64,000 nt of DNA, taken from positions 512,001-576,000 of the forward strand of contig CAVSOU010000010.1 of the NCBI GenBank assembly GCA_963729625.1. Direction: 5' to 3'. Within the stretch, counting starts at the first letter, position 1; each line of letters begins with the position of its first letter. The notes under the pieces are model-generated. The model was not told the origin of the DNA, ran no database searches, and saw nothing but the letters and a program-made list of their open reading frames with translations. Position numbers and translations under genes: made by a program. Shown here piece by piece: positions 21,415-32,788 of the stretch. Source of the stretch: an uncultured bacterium. GTDB lineage: Bacteria; Chloroflexota; UBA5177; JANWHV01.

Positions 21415-21873
21415 ATACCCATTGTACAGGTGCTCCTCGCCCCCAATACGCCGTGCCGTGGGCCGATCATGCCGCGTTTGCCTGTGCATTGCATTCCAAC
21501 AGAAACACTTGCAGCGCTCAGCGCGTTAGGCGGAACGGCATGTGCATTGCCGGCCCGGAACCCGACATATGCATCTATTTTGCATAAGTATGCGGACGTT
21601 CTACACGTCCGTTTAGGGTGCGCCAACTACATAGCGGTCGGAAAAAAGGTATCGCTCACAACCCTTTGTGGTGTTTCGGGCGTCGCATGTCGGTCAAAAA
21701 GGGATCTGGCCGGTGAAATTGGTGACTTTCAATGCACTGTATGCTATAGTACTGTCGGTCGTGCGCTGGTCAGGATAGCGTGGTGAGACTTTTTCCGCGC
21801 GGAAGATCACAGCTTCGAGGAAGGGGGGGAAAGCCGGAATCCTCTGCATCTGCCGGGGTGTCGGCTGTACTTA

Positions 21874-23067
21874 TTGAAGAGACGAACGACTAGTTTCGCG
21901 CATTGTGCCACCCTTTCGGCGGCAATTGCGCTCTTTGCGAATGGCCTGGGAGCGGGCTCGGGTAGCGCCGCGGCTACGCGACTCACGGCTATACAGAGCG
22001 GCATCGGACACGAGGCGAGTGCCGCGGGAAACACTGCGGCCACGGCGAAGTTGGAGAGTCATGTCGTGAATGGACACGTTCAGCCTGCGCGCAGGTTCGT
22101 CCCGCGACAGGCGCACATGCTTTCCCAATCTGTGGCCAGCATCGGTCGGGTAAAGCGACCGATGTCCTCCTATTCGCTGCCATCAGGCGGCTCCTCCGCG
22201 CCGATCGCCGGAACTTCCGGTTCCAATCGGCCGATTTCGCCTGCCCCTCAGGCACATCTTGTACGCACAGCCAGCACAGTTTCCACGGCACACCTCTTAG
22301 CTACCGGTGGGGCCGTATCCACCAATTCCTCGCCGCGCCCGCTGATGGCGGCGAACAGCTCTTCGGGGGCACTGGCGGGGCAATCTGCAACCAGGGAAGT
22401 CGCATTTGTTGGGCCGGTCAACTCTTCGGTCGGACTGACGACAGTGGTTGGTACATTTCCCGACCGCATCGCGCGCCTCTCGTCCCTGAGCCTTGAACAT
22501 GTACTCGATCGCCAGGTTCTGTCGCCGGCAACGCTGGCCGGAGTTGCACGTGTTGCAACGTCCGTCTTGAACCTGGAACTCACATTGCAGCGCCGGCCCG
22601 ATCCTTCCGGGCTCAAACTGGAGGATGTTCATCCCGGCGCTACCCAGTATCTTCGAGGTGACCAGCGCCCACAGCCGTTGCCGACGGGCACTCCGGAGGC
22701 AACTCCAACATTCGCTCGTGCAGGCTTGACTCAGCAGACGCGTACGTCCACGAGCAGTGGTCAAGGCAAGGCTAATGCAGTAGTTATGCCAGGCGGCAAC
22801 GCCCGCGTGTGCTATATTACCGGCTACACTGCCACCGGAAACCGGACTGCCACCGGCACCGTCCCTCATTGGGGAACGGTCGCGGTGGATAGCAGCGTTA
22901 TCCCGCTTGGCTCGAAAGTCTACATCCAGGGCCTTGGCGTGTTCCACGCTGAGGACACCGGCGGTGCAGTGGACGGGAATCACGTCGATGTCTTCGTGAA
23001 CTCGACGACGGAGGCCTATCAGCTTACCGGCTACAGGTTGGTGAGCTTCGTTCCGCCTCCCAAGTAG
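21874..23067 (+). CDS. secreted 3D-domain (MltA-like) cell-wall protein
   Basis: Signal peptide, Ser/Ala-rich linker, C-terminal TGY...TATG...VAVD..VIPLGS...AEDTGGAV.GNHVDVF. Confidence 0.88.
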   Translation: MKRRTTSFAHCATLSAAIALFANGLGAGSGSAAATRLTAIQSGIGHEASAAGNTAATAKLESHVVNGHVQPARRFVPRQAHMLSQSVASIGRVKRPMSSYSLPSGGSSAPIAGTSGSNRPISPAPQAHLVRTASTVSTAHLLATGGAVSTNSSPRPLMAANSSSGALAGQSATREVAFVGPVNSSVGLTTVVGTFPDRIARLSSLSLEHVLDRQVLSPATLAGVARVATSVLNLELTLQRRPDPSGLKLEDVHPGATQYLRGDQRPQPLPTGTPEATPTFARAGLTQQTRTSTSSGQGKANAVVMPGGNARVCYITGYTATGNRTATGTVPHWGTVAVDSSVIPLGSKVYIQGLGVFHAEDTGGAVDGNHVDVFVNSTTEAYQLTGYRLVSFVPPPK

Positions 23068-23096
23068 CGCTCGGCAGGACGATACCAGACACGACC

Positions 23097-23136
23097 AAGG
23101 CAACACCCGTCATCGACAGTGACGGGTGTTGCCTTT
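23097..23136 (+). terminator. intrinsic terminator
   Basis: AAGGCAACACCCGTCA / TGACGGGTGTTGCCTT perfect 16-bp stem, 7-nt loop, 30 nt after the 3D gene stop. Confidence 0.8.
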
Positions 23137-23223
23137 CAGACACGTATGTTCGCACAAGGCCAGCATGTTGCCGGCCGATATCGGATACTGTGAGTAGGTC
23201 TATTGTATTCTCAGAGGAGCCTC

Positions 23224-25792
23224 ATGACGCTACGACGTTCCGGTGAATTCGTGAGGGCCTGTATTGCGATTGCCGCCTGCCTGCTGGCGTTGTGCCCGGA
23301 GATTAGCTCGCCTGGGGCCTTGGTCCTCGCAAGCAGCCCCGTCATTGCAGTGGCGCCAGAAGTGAACCTCCCGCATGGACTAGAATCGATAACGGGTTCA
23401 GGGTTCGATCCAGGCGCCCAGGTTGATCTATCAGTACAGAGTACGGACATGACGAGTACCCTGGGAATCCTCGTGGCCGACGCATCTGGATCGATACGTT
23501 CCTCCATCACGCTACCGTATACGCTTGACGCCGGTCTTGCCAACATGGTCATTGCGCACGAGCCAGGAAGCGCAGTCAGCGCCAGCGCATCGGTGACCGG
23601 CGCTGCGGTGATGCCGACTGCCGGGAACGGACTGCAGATCTCCGCGAATCCCGGTGATACGCTGCACCTCCATGTCGTGGGCTTTGCGCCTCGAGATCCT
23701 CTCGCGATTCTGGTCGGTGGCCAGCCCGCGCTGATGCCGCCAGGGATTTCGCAGTATGTCACAGATCCAACTGGGACAGCAATATCTGACGTTTGCGGTG
23801 CCGGCTTTCGGACAACCCGGTCCAAGCCAGATCGTGGTGAGCGGCGCAGCAGCCGGCTCCGGTCAGGTTGACTCCACAAGCATCCCGGTGAATATCGCTG
23901 GGAACGGCACGCTCGTGGTCACGCCGAACCCGGCGCTGGCCGGTCAGACCGTTGCGATCGCCGCCGCCGGCTTCACCCCCGGGGAACAAGTCATCATCTC
24001 GCTCGACTACGTCGATGCGGGAACGCACGGTGGCGCCCTGGCTGGCGCCTCCTCTCAGGCCGACCAGGGTGGGAAGCTTGACACTGATTTCGCGCTTCCT
24101 GCTACGGTTACCGGCGGCTTTACCGCCACAGTTGACGCGCGCGGATCGGTTTCAGGCATCGTGCTGAGCCGCGACGTTTTCATCCACTCACAGCCAAAGA
24201 TCGCACTCGACCCGCCAGGAGCACCGGCCGGCTCGAACGTCACGGTGAAAGGAAGCGGTTTTGCCCCTGGCGAGCGCGTCTATGTGACGGCGCAGGCCTT
24301 CAGCGCTCCAAGCGGCGGGGTCGTCGCCGATGCCTCGGGCAGCTTCACGGATACGACAAGCGTCCGTTCGCTGGCGTCGGCCGGAGTATACTTGGTTGGC
24401 GCTTCGGGCATCCTTGGACACTCCGCATCGTCCGAGTTGACTGTCCCTCGCGTTCGCGTGCCAACTTCCGGGGTTGCCGCGCAAAGTCCGGTCGTCGACA
24501 GGACGTTCTTCGCGGAGGGATTCACCGGTGATGGGCCGGCAGTGCACTTCGGTGAGAGCCTGTACCTGCTCAATACTGCTTCGCTCACGGCGACAGGCTC
24601 TATTCAGTATTTCATAGGCATGGGCATCACGAAGACGGTCAGCATCACCGTGCCGGCGCACGCGGTTCTGAGCGAAAATGTCGGGCAGGATGTCGGCAAG
24701 AATCAGACTGTTAGTGCAATGCTTGAGCTACCCTCGTCCATCAGCGTGACGCGTACCATAACTCGAACTACCGACACAGGCCAGTCCCTTGCCTCGAGCA
24801 TAAGCTCAGGTGAGTCGGCGCTCGCTAACACCTGGTACTTTGCGGAAGGTTACACCGGAGCGACGTTTCAGGAATACCTTGCGATACTGAACCCCGGCGC
24901 CAGCCCGGCGCAAGTAACTGTTGAACTGTTCGGCCCAGATAGCTCGTCGCCAGAGGTGCCGACAAGCGTGACCGTTGCCCCGCATTCGCGCGTGACCCTC
25001 AATATGAGGGCCGTTGCCCCGGGCCGCTCCATAGGCTTGCTCCTGACGTCTGACCAACCCGTTGCCTCCGAGCGCGTGCTTTACTGGGGCGACGGCACCG
25101 GCTCAGCCAAGTACGGATCGGCCGTGAGCGGCGGCGTGCTTGGACCTGCGGCGACTTGGACTTTTCCCTACGTCTCCACTGCCGGAGGCGACCAGGCGTA
25201 CCTCAGTTTCATTGACCCCAGCTCTGTAGCCGCGCATGTGCAATTCACTGAGCTTGGTGATCGCGCGGGCGTAGCGCTTCCTACCGACCTGACGATTCAG
25301 CCGGGTACTCGCGCCACCCTCCAGATCATGGCGGGCTCCAGCTCAATCGGTGGCTCCGCCGCTGTCGTGGTTCACGCCGACGTACCGATAGTCAGCGAAC
25401 AGGCAGAATATTTTGGAGGCTCGCCGAACACAGGTTCCCACACCGGTAGCATTCTATCGGGCGCCGAGCCTACTTCACAGTGGGCGTTCCCGAGTTTGGA
25501 TTCGGATGGCTTCACCTCGGATATGTGGTACGTCGCCAACACCGGACCGAAGAACGCCCAGCTGACCGCAACTATCTATAGTGCGGATGGACAGAACTCC
25601 ACGGTCAAACTCGTGGCGCCCTCGGGACGGCTCGCCAGACTGAGTCTGGATGAATCGAAAAGCGGCCACGTGGGCGCCCCCGTTGTGTGGAACAGCGATG
25701 GTCCGGTGAGTATCATCCGCCTGGTCCGTGCCGCTGGTGCCGACGTCGCCGACATCATCGCCGGAATGGCAATTAGCCAGAACGGCCCATAG
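23224..25792 (+). pseudogene. large secreted protein (Ig-like GSGF repeats + WYFAEG/DUF5719-like repeats) split by an apparent 1-nt frameshift
   Basis: ORFs 23203-23871 (signal peptide) and 23756-25792 overlap; deleting one A at 23781-23782 gives ...TDPTGTA-YLTFAVP... in one ~855-aa frame. Repeated G(S/A)GFxPGE motifs occur on both sides of the junction. Confidence 0.75.
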
Positions 25793-27644
25793 CGCGGATC
25801 TGGCTGACAAGCTCCGCCGCCGGTTCGTATCGCTGAAAGGTCGGTATGACGTATACACCTGAGACCACGTGCAGACACGCGCCGAGTAGCTCGCGAGAAA
25901 TAGCCAGTCCCTCAGCCTGCCCTTGCGCTCCCGCGGTGCGCATGCGCTCGAGGACCCGATCCGTCAGCCTGACTCCAGGCAGTTCGTTGTGCACGAATTC
26001 GGCATTGCGATAGCTCTGCAACGGCATTAATCCCATCAGTAGCGGCACATGCAATGGACCGACGCGATCGAGGACCTGCACAAACAGCTCGGCATCGTAG
26101 ACGGGCTGCGTCATGACGAAATCTGCGCCGGCATCAAGTTTTCGAGCAAAACGGTCGAGCTCGGACTCGAGGTCCGAGGCTGTAGGATTCAGCGCCGCTC
26201 CGATCAGGAAATTGGTCTTCTGGCCGGTCGCGTTTCCGGCAGCATCCAAACCATTATTGAGGCCGCGAAGCATCCTGATCAACCCAATCGAATCGATCTC
26301 GTAGACACCCCTGGAGAGCGCAGAGTCCCCCGTATTCACGGGGTCGCCTGTCAGCGCAAGCACGATTCTCAAACCAAGCGCGTGCGCTCCCAGCAAGTCC
26401 GATTGTAGTGCCATAACGTTGCGGTCTCTGGTTGTCACGTGCAAAACTGGATCGATGCCGATGATCTGGCGCACGAGACTGCCCGTCGCGAGCGTGCTCA
26501 TGCGAACTCTCGCCATGGCGCCGTCGGTAATATTGAGAGCGTCGACTCCTGCGTCCTTCAACAGGCGCGCACCGGAAAGCATTCGAGCCGGATTCGCGCC
26601 GCGAGGAGGGGAAAGCTCTACACTGATGGCCAGTCTCGACTGAAATGCGGTCTCCAGCGCAGATTCTTCGACCGGGCTCACGGTGTCCGTGTCGGGCGGC
26701 GAAACGTCGACGACAACCGGTTCTCGGCGCGGCGCGTCTCGTAGTTCGGTTGGTCGGCGGAGCGACGCGGCCATTGCCGCGATGTGGCTCGGAGTCGTGC
26801 CGCAACAGCCCCCAACCAGGCTCACACCTGCCCGGATCAGACGCGAACAATAGTCGGCGAAGTATTCCGCCGACGAGAGAAACAGCAGTCGTCCTGCCAC
26901 GCGTTGAGGCAGGCCCGCATTAGGTTGCGCCGAGAGCGGCCGGCGCGTCACCGAGGCCATCCGTTCGACGATGTCGAGCGTGCTTTGAGGTCCCACGCTG
27001 CAGTTTGTACCGATGACGTCCGCACCGAGGTGGTCGAGCGCCACCGCCGCGGCCTCCGGCGTCTGCCCTGAAGGCGTCAACAACTCACTTGTGAAGCTGA
27101 GCTGTGCGACGACCGGAAGGTCGCAGACGTCACGCGCCGCGCCAATCGCTTCGGTAATCTCTTCGATGCTGAGGAACGTTTCCAGGATGAGCAGGTCGAC
27201 GCCGCCCTTTACGAGCCCTTCCACCATCTCGCGAAAGTGTGCGCGAGCCTGTAGCAGGGAAACGCTGCTGTAGGGTTCCAGCAGGCAGCCAAGTGGCCCG
27301 ATCGACCCCGCGACAAACGCGTCGACTCCGGAAACTTCGCGGGCATTGCGCGCGAGCCGAGCGCCCGCGCGGCAAATCTCTGGCACACTCTCTGCAAGGC
27401 CGAACGACGACATCTTGAAACGGTTCGCGCCGAACGTGTTCGTCTCCAGGATCTCGGCGCCCGCGGAGAGATATGCGCGGTGGATGCGCTCGACGAGCGC
27501 CCCGTCCACAAGATTCTGGCTTTCAAAACCGCGCTCAAACGCCACGCCATGAGCGTACAACTGCGTGCCCATGCCGCCATCGCAGAGTATGGGACCTCGA
27601 GCGAGGCGAGCCAGAAATGGATGGGGGCCCGCTGGCGGTCCCAT
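25773..27644 (-). CDS. bifunctional homocysteine S-methyltransferase / methylenetetrahydrofolate reductase (YitJ-like)
   Basis: DGGMGT, ETNTFGAN, GTNCSVGP, PNAG, GGCCGTTP; then VELSPPRG, TTRDRN, TGDP, MTQPVYD. Confidence 0.94.
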   Translation of the reverse strand: MGPPAGPHPFLARLARGPILCDGGMGTQLYAHGVAFERGFESQNLVDGALVERIHRAYLSAGAEILETNTFGANRFKMSSFGLAESVPEICRAGARLARNAREVSGVDAFVAGSIGPLGCLLEPYSSVSLLQARAHFREMVEGLVKGGVDLLILETFLSIEEITEAIGAARDVCDLPVVAQLSFTSELLTPSGQTPEAAAVALDHLGADVIGTNCSVGPQSTLDIVERMASVTRRPLSAQPNAGLPQRVAGRLLFLSSAEYFADYCSRLIRAGVSLVGGCCGTTPSHIAAMAASLRRPTELRDAPRREPVVVDVSPPDTDTVSPVEESALETAFQSRLAISVELSPPRGANPARMLSGARLLKDAGVDALNITDGAMARVRMSTLATGSLVRQIIGIDPVLHVTTRDRNVMALQSDLLGAHALGLRIVLALTGDPVNTGDSALSRGVYEIDSIGLIRMLRGLNNGLDAAGNATGQKTNFLIGAALNPTASDLESELDRFARKLDAGADFVMTQPVYDAELFVQVLDRVGPLHVPLLMGLMPLQSYRNAEFVHNELPGVRLTDRVLERMRTAGAQGQAEGLAISRELLGACLHVVSGVYVIPTFQRYEPAAELVSQIRAMGRSG

Positions 27645-27717
27645 GAGCAGACCTCCCGATTGTGTAGTTGTCTCCCGTTCAGTGTAACAAACGACCTGAA
27701 TGCACAGGATCTCGACC

Positions 27718-27757
27718 GCTAACCGGCTAACCGGCTAACCGGCTAACCGGCTAACCG
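27718..27757. repeat. 8-bp tandem repeat (AACCGGCT) x ~5
   Basis: gct-aaccggct-aaccggct-aaccggct-aaccggct-aaccg, intergenic. Confidence 0.92.
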
Positions 27758-27763
27758 ACAGGT

Positions 27764-28561
27764 CTATCCGCTTTGACCGGTACGAAACGGCAGCATTTGC
27801 TGTCGAAGCGCATCTGGACGGTTGCTCAGAATAGCTTCCACACCCGCCAAGGCGAGATCGCGCATCTCACGCTCATCGTCGACAGTCCAGGCCAGGACGC
27901 CGAGGCCAAGCTCGCTCGCCCGTTCGACGACCCCCGGCGTGACCAAGGTGTGCTCCAGATGCACGCCTACCGCCCCGAACTCCGCTGCCACAGTGAGTGT
28001 CGGGCCGAGCACGTCAACGGGCGGCGCAGTCGCCGGGTCAGCCACAGGTGATTCGAACAACAGCGAAGCACGGATGTCCGGATTACCGCGGCGGAGACGC
28101 ATGAATGTCTCGACATCGAACGTTGACACGACCACACGGTCTGCGAGGCCATGCGACCTGATCGTCGAGGCGACGATGTCGTCGATGCGGTCGCTGGATG
28201 AAGCATCTACCTTGATTTCGACGTTGAGCAGCACGCGCTGCCCAAGCTGCTCAAACACAGCCTCGAGGGTTGGAATACGTTCGCCGACAAAGCGAGTGCT
28301 CTTCCAGGAGCCGACATCCAGCATTCGAAGCACGGCGAGATCAAGGTCTCCGACCATCGCTGGGTGTCCCGCGGTTCGGCGCAAATCGAAGTCATGATGC
28401 ACAACCAGATAGCCGTCCGCAGAAAGGTGCACGTCGAGCTCAATCAACTCAGCACCCTGTATGGCTGCCAGGTCAAATGCGGCAAGCGTATTTTCCGGAG
28501 CGTACTCCGACGCCCCGCGGTGCGCTCCAATCAGGGGCTTATGTGGAAATGAGAGAATCAC
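27764..28561 (-). CDS. glycerophosphodiester phosphodiesterase
   Basis: AHRGAS..APENT, IELDVH, VVHHD, NVEIK, WTVD. Confidence 0.93.
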   Translation of the reverse strand: MILSFPHKPLIGAHRGASEYAPENTLAAFDLAAIQGAELIELDVHLSADGYLVVHHDFDLRRTAGHPAMVGDLDLAVLRMLDVGSWKSTRFVGERIPTLEAVFEQLGQRVLLNVEIKVDASSSDRIDDIVASTIRSHGLADRVVVSTFDVETFMRLRRGNPDIRASLLFESPVADPATAPPVDVLGPTLTVAAEFGAVGVHLEHTLVTPGVVERASELGLGVLAWTVDDEREMRDLALAGVEAILSNRPDALRQQMLPFRTGQSG

Positions 28562-28564
28562 GGA

Positions 28565-29248
28565 CTAGAGGTTTGCGCCACGCTCGCTGGCAAGGACCTC
28601 CTGCACAGCGACGATCAACGCATCCACAAGCCGTTTCTGGTCGTGGCCGTTGGCCCTGACACTGAGCTCCACGTCCGGTTCGATCGTCACACGGATCCAC
28701 GGGCTGCGCGTGACTCTCGGCGCGACTCGTGGCGCGGCGGCCTGAACGAGCTCTTTCGTCGACGTGTCGGCAGCCGGCGAAGGGCTGATGCCGCGCGGGC
28801 GCGGCGTCGCGCTGGTTGGCCGCTGTGGCGTCTGGATTGCCCCGGTAAACAGCGCCTGGCCTGTGAGCGCCTGCGGCAGCGACCTCGAGAGCCGATTCAA
28901 ATAGGCTTGAGCATCACCTTCCGACGGGAGACGCGAGGGCAAGGGGCGGTCCACCAGCGAACGCATTCCATCCGGCGACAACCTGGCCATGAATCGCTGT
29001 AGCTCGCGTGGGGGTACGTACTGACCAGATAGGCGCGCAACCAGGCGCAAGTGGATGAGATGGTCATCACCGTAAGGCATCGAGCCACCGCGCTGGTCGG
29101 GTGCAGGCAGAAGACCGTCCGCGAGATACTGACGCACTACCCGCTCGGTCAGTACTACGCCCTCCAGAGCGGTCACCTGCGCTATAAGATCTGCCAGACT
29201 GTACGTGAGTTCCACAGTGGATACGCGTTCCTCTAGAGTGACCATCAT
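28565..29248 (-). CDS. MerR-type HTH domain protein
   Basis: YSLADL...TERVVRQYLADGLLPAP...YGDDHLIHLRLV; C-terminal WIRVTIEPDVELSVR. Confidence 0.75.
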   Translation of the reverse strand: MMVTLEERVSTVELTYSLADLIAQVTALEGVVLTERVVRQYLADGLLPAPDQRGGSMPYGDDHLIHLRLVARLSGQYVPPRELQRFMARLSPDGMRSLVDRPLPSRLPSEGDAQAYLNRLSRSLPQALTGQALFTGAIQTPQRPTSATPRPRGISPSPAADTSTKELVQAAAPRVAPRVTRSPWIRVTIEPDVELSVRANGHDQKRLVDALIVAVQEVLASERGANL

Positions 29249-29308
29249 AGTTGCCAGTATAATGCCCGCGGTCCCTACTGGAAGCGCCGACTATGGATAA
29301 GACGAGGC

Positions 29309-29347
29309 AAGAACGCGGGGTGGCGTCCAGACCGAACACCACCCCGC
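29309..29347 (-). terminator. terminator-like hairpin after eno
   Basis: Minus strand GCGGGGUGGUGUUC-GGUCU-GGACGCCACCCCGC followed by GUUCUU. Confidence 0.65.
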
Positions 29348-29373
29348 CTGTCTCTGAGCTCCGGTCCGCGGCG

Positions 29374-30795
<1,422 letters not shown>

Positions 30796-32364
30796 TCAGT
30801 GCACAAACAGTGATCTCGCCACCATCTTGGCAGGCTGGGGCAAGCCCATGATGTCCAGCACAGTTGGCCCGATGTCACTCAAAGTTCCGCCGTCGCGTAG
30901 CCGCACCATACTCCAGGGAGAATCGGGGCTGGGCGGCACGACGACAAACGGCACAGGACAGGTAGTATGAGCCGTATGCGGCGACCCAAGCTCCGGATCG
31001 ATCATCATCTCGGCGTTCCCGTGATCCGAAGTGACGAGCGCGAGTCCGCCGGCCGCCGCCACGGCGGCAAGCACGCGGCCAAGCTCGCGGTCCACAGTCT
31101 CCACCGCGCGAATCGTGGGCGGAATCATGCCGCTGTGCCCGACCATATCGCAATTCGCGAAGTTCATGATCACAAGATCCGGCAAGTCCGCCTTCAGCCG
31201 GTCGATAACCACCTGTGCGACGCCGGCAGCGCTCATCTCAGGCGCAAGATCGTAGGTAGCAACCTTGGGCGACTGTACGACCACCTGGTCCTCTCCCGGC
31301 CACGGCTGCTCGCGCCCACCGTTGATGAAATACGTGACGTGCGCGTACTTCTCTGTTTCCGCGACATGCAACTGCTTCAGGCCCAATTCGCTCACTACCT
31401 GTGCGAGCGTCACTTCGACCGGATCGGCGAGTTCTTCAGGTGGATAGGCAACGACGACTGGAACGTCCTTTTCATACGTCGCCAGCGTGACGAAATAGAG
31501 ATCGTTCAACTGCCGCCCGCGGTCGAACGACGCGAAGTCGGGCATGACGAATGCCCGTGTAAGCTGGCGCGGGCGGTCGCCACGGAAGTTGAAGAAGATT
31601 ATGGCGTCGCCATCGCAAACGGTCGCGACCGGGTGACCATCCTGGACGATTACAGTGGGTAGAACGAACTCGTCGTTCACATTCGCCGCGTAGCTGTTCT
31701 CGATCGCCGTCAACGCGTCGGCTGCTTGCTCGCCCTTGCCATACACCAGTGCATCATAGGCCCTCGCGGTTCGATCCCACCGTTTGTCTCGATCCATCGC
31801 ATAGTAGCGGCCGCTTACCGTCGCGATCTTGCCGATTTGCATGTCGTCAAGGTTGCCGTTGAGCTTCTCGACATACTCGTGCGCGCTCCTCGGCGGCGTG
31901 TCGCGCCCATCGAGAATCGCTTGAACGAATACCTTCTCGAGCCCCTTGCTGCTGGCCAGCTTAAGCAGTGCCAGAAGATGCTCATCGTACGCGTGTACGC
32001 CACCAGGCCCGATCAGGCCGATCAGATGCAGCTTGGTGCCGCGGTCACGCACGTGTTTGATCGCTCCGGCGAATGCAGGGTTCTCAAAGAAAGTCCCGTC
32101 TTCTATGCGCCGTGAAATCTGCGTGAGCTTCTGCAGGACGACCCGGCCGGCGCCCATATTCATATGTCCGGTCTCCGAGTTGCCCATCATGCCGCGCGGC
32201 AACCCTACGGCACGGCCGGAGGCTTCGATGATCGTGTGCGGACAGGAGGACCAGATGCGATCGATTGTCGGCTTCTTCGCCGCGGCAATCGCATTTCCAT
32301 GTGTTTCTTCTCGATAGCCAAAGCCATCCAGGATCACGAGGCAAACGACAGGTGGGCGCTCCAC
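30796..32364 (-). CDS. gpmI: 2,3-bisphosphoglycerate-independent phosphoglycerate mutase
   Basis: ILDGFG, MGNSETGH, GRYYAMDRD, ETEKYAHVT, DMVGH, SDHGNAE. Confidence 0.97.
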   Translation of the reverse strand: MERPPVVCLVILDGFGYREETHGNAIAAAKKPTIDRIWSSCPHTIIEASGRAVGLPRGMMGNSETGHMNMGAGRVVLQKLTQISRRIEDGTFFENPAFAGAIKHVRDRGTKLHLIGLIGPGGVHAYDEHLLALLKLASSKGLEKVFVQAILDGRDTPPRSAHEYVEKLNGNLDDMQIGKIATVSGRYYAMDRDKRWDRTARAYDALVYGKGEQAADALTAIENSYAANVNDEFVLPTVIVQDGHPVATVCDGDAIIFFNFRGDRPRQLTRAFVMPDFASFDRGRQLNDLYFVTLATYEKDVPVVVAYPPEELADPVEVTLAQVVSELGLKQLHVAETEKYAHVTYFINGGREQPWPGEDQVVVQSPKVATYDLAPEMSAAGVAQVVIDRLKADLPDLVIMNFANCDMVGHSGMIPPTIRAVETVDRELGRVLAAVAAAGGLALVTSDHGNAEMMIDPELGSPHTAHTTCPVPFVVVPPSPDSPWSMVRLRDGGTLSDIGPTVLDIMGLPQPAKMVARSLFVH

Positions 32365-32788
32365 AACAACTCCTTGCTAACTCATGCACGGCATGTAATG
32401 CTTGCGATCGGATTGATGCAGCTGCAACCGGGATCGATACTTGCCCGGGAAGGTCCGGATAGTTCACCAGCTCCAGCGACGTAAGTGTACCACCACGCCC
32501 AGCGAGTCTTGGGGATTCTGGAGTTGACTCTCACGCCGGCTCCGTGCCCGTTCGCGACAAAACCCTGAGCGAACCTGTACCCTATTGCTGGGTGGACGTG
32601 ACCGCGTATTCGCCGGCGACCCGGCGCGGTGAGGGCCGCCTGCCAAACGGCAGTTCATGCGTCAATCGTCGGGATCCCGTGAACCCGCGCGCTGAGAGAG
32701 ATTTCGCCGCGCCGACGAGCGACATCGAGCGCAACGAGGCGATCCAGGGCCGGCGGAGTCCGCTGCTGGCATGCAGCGACAGGAGCAC

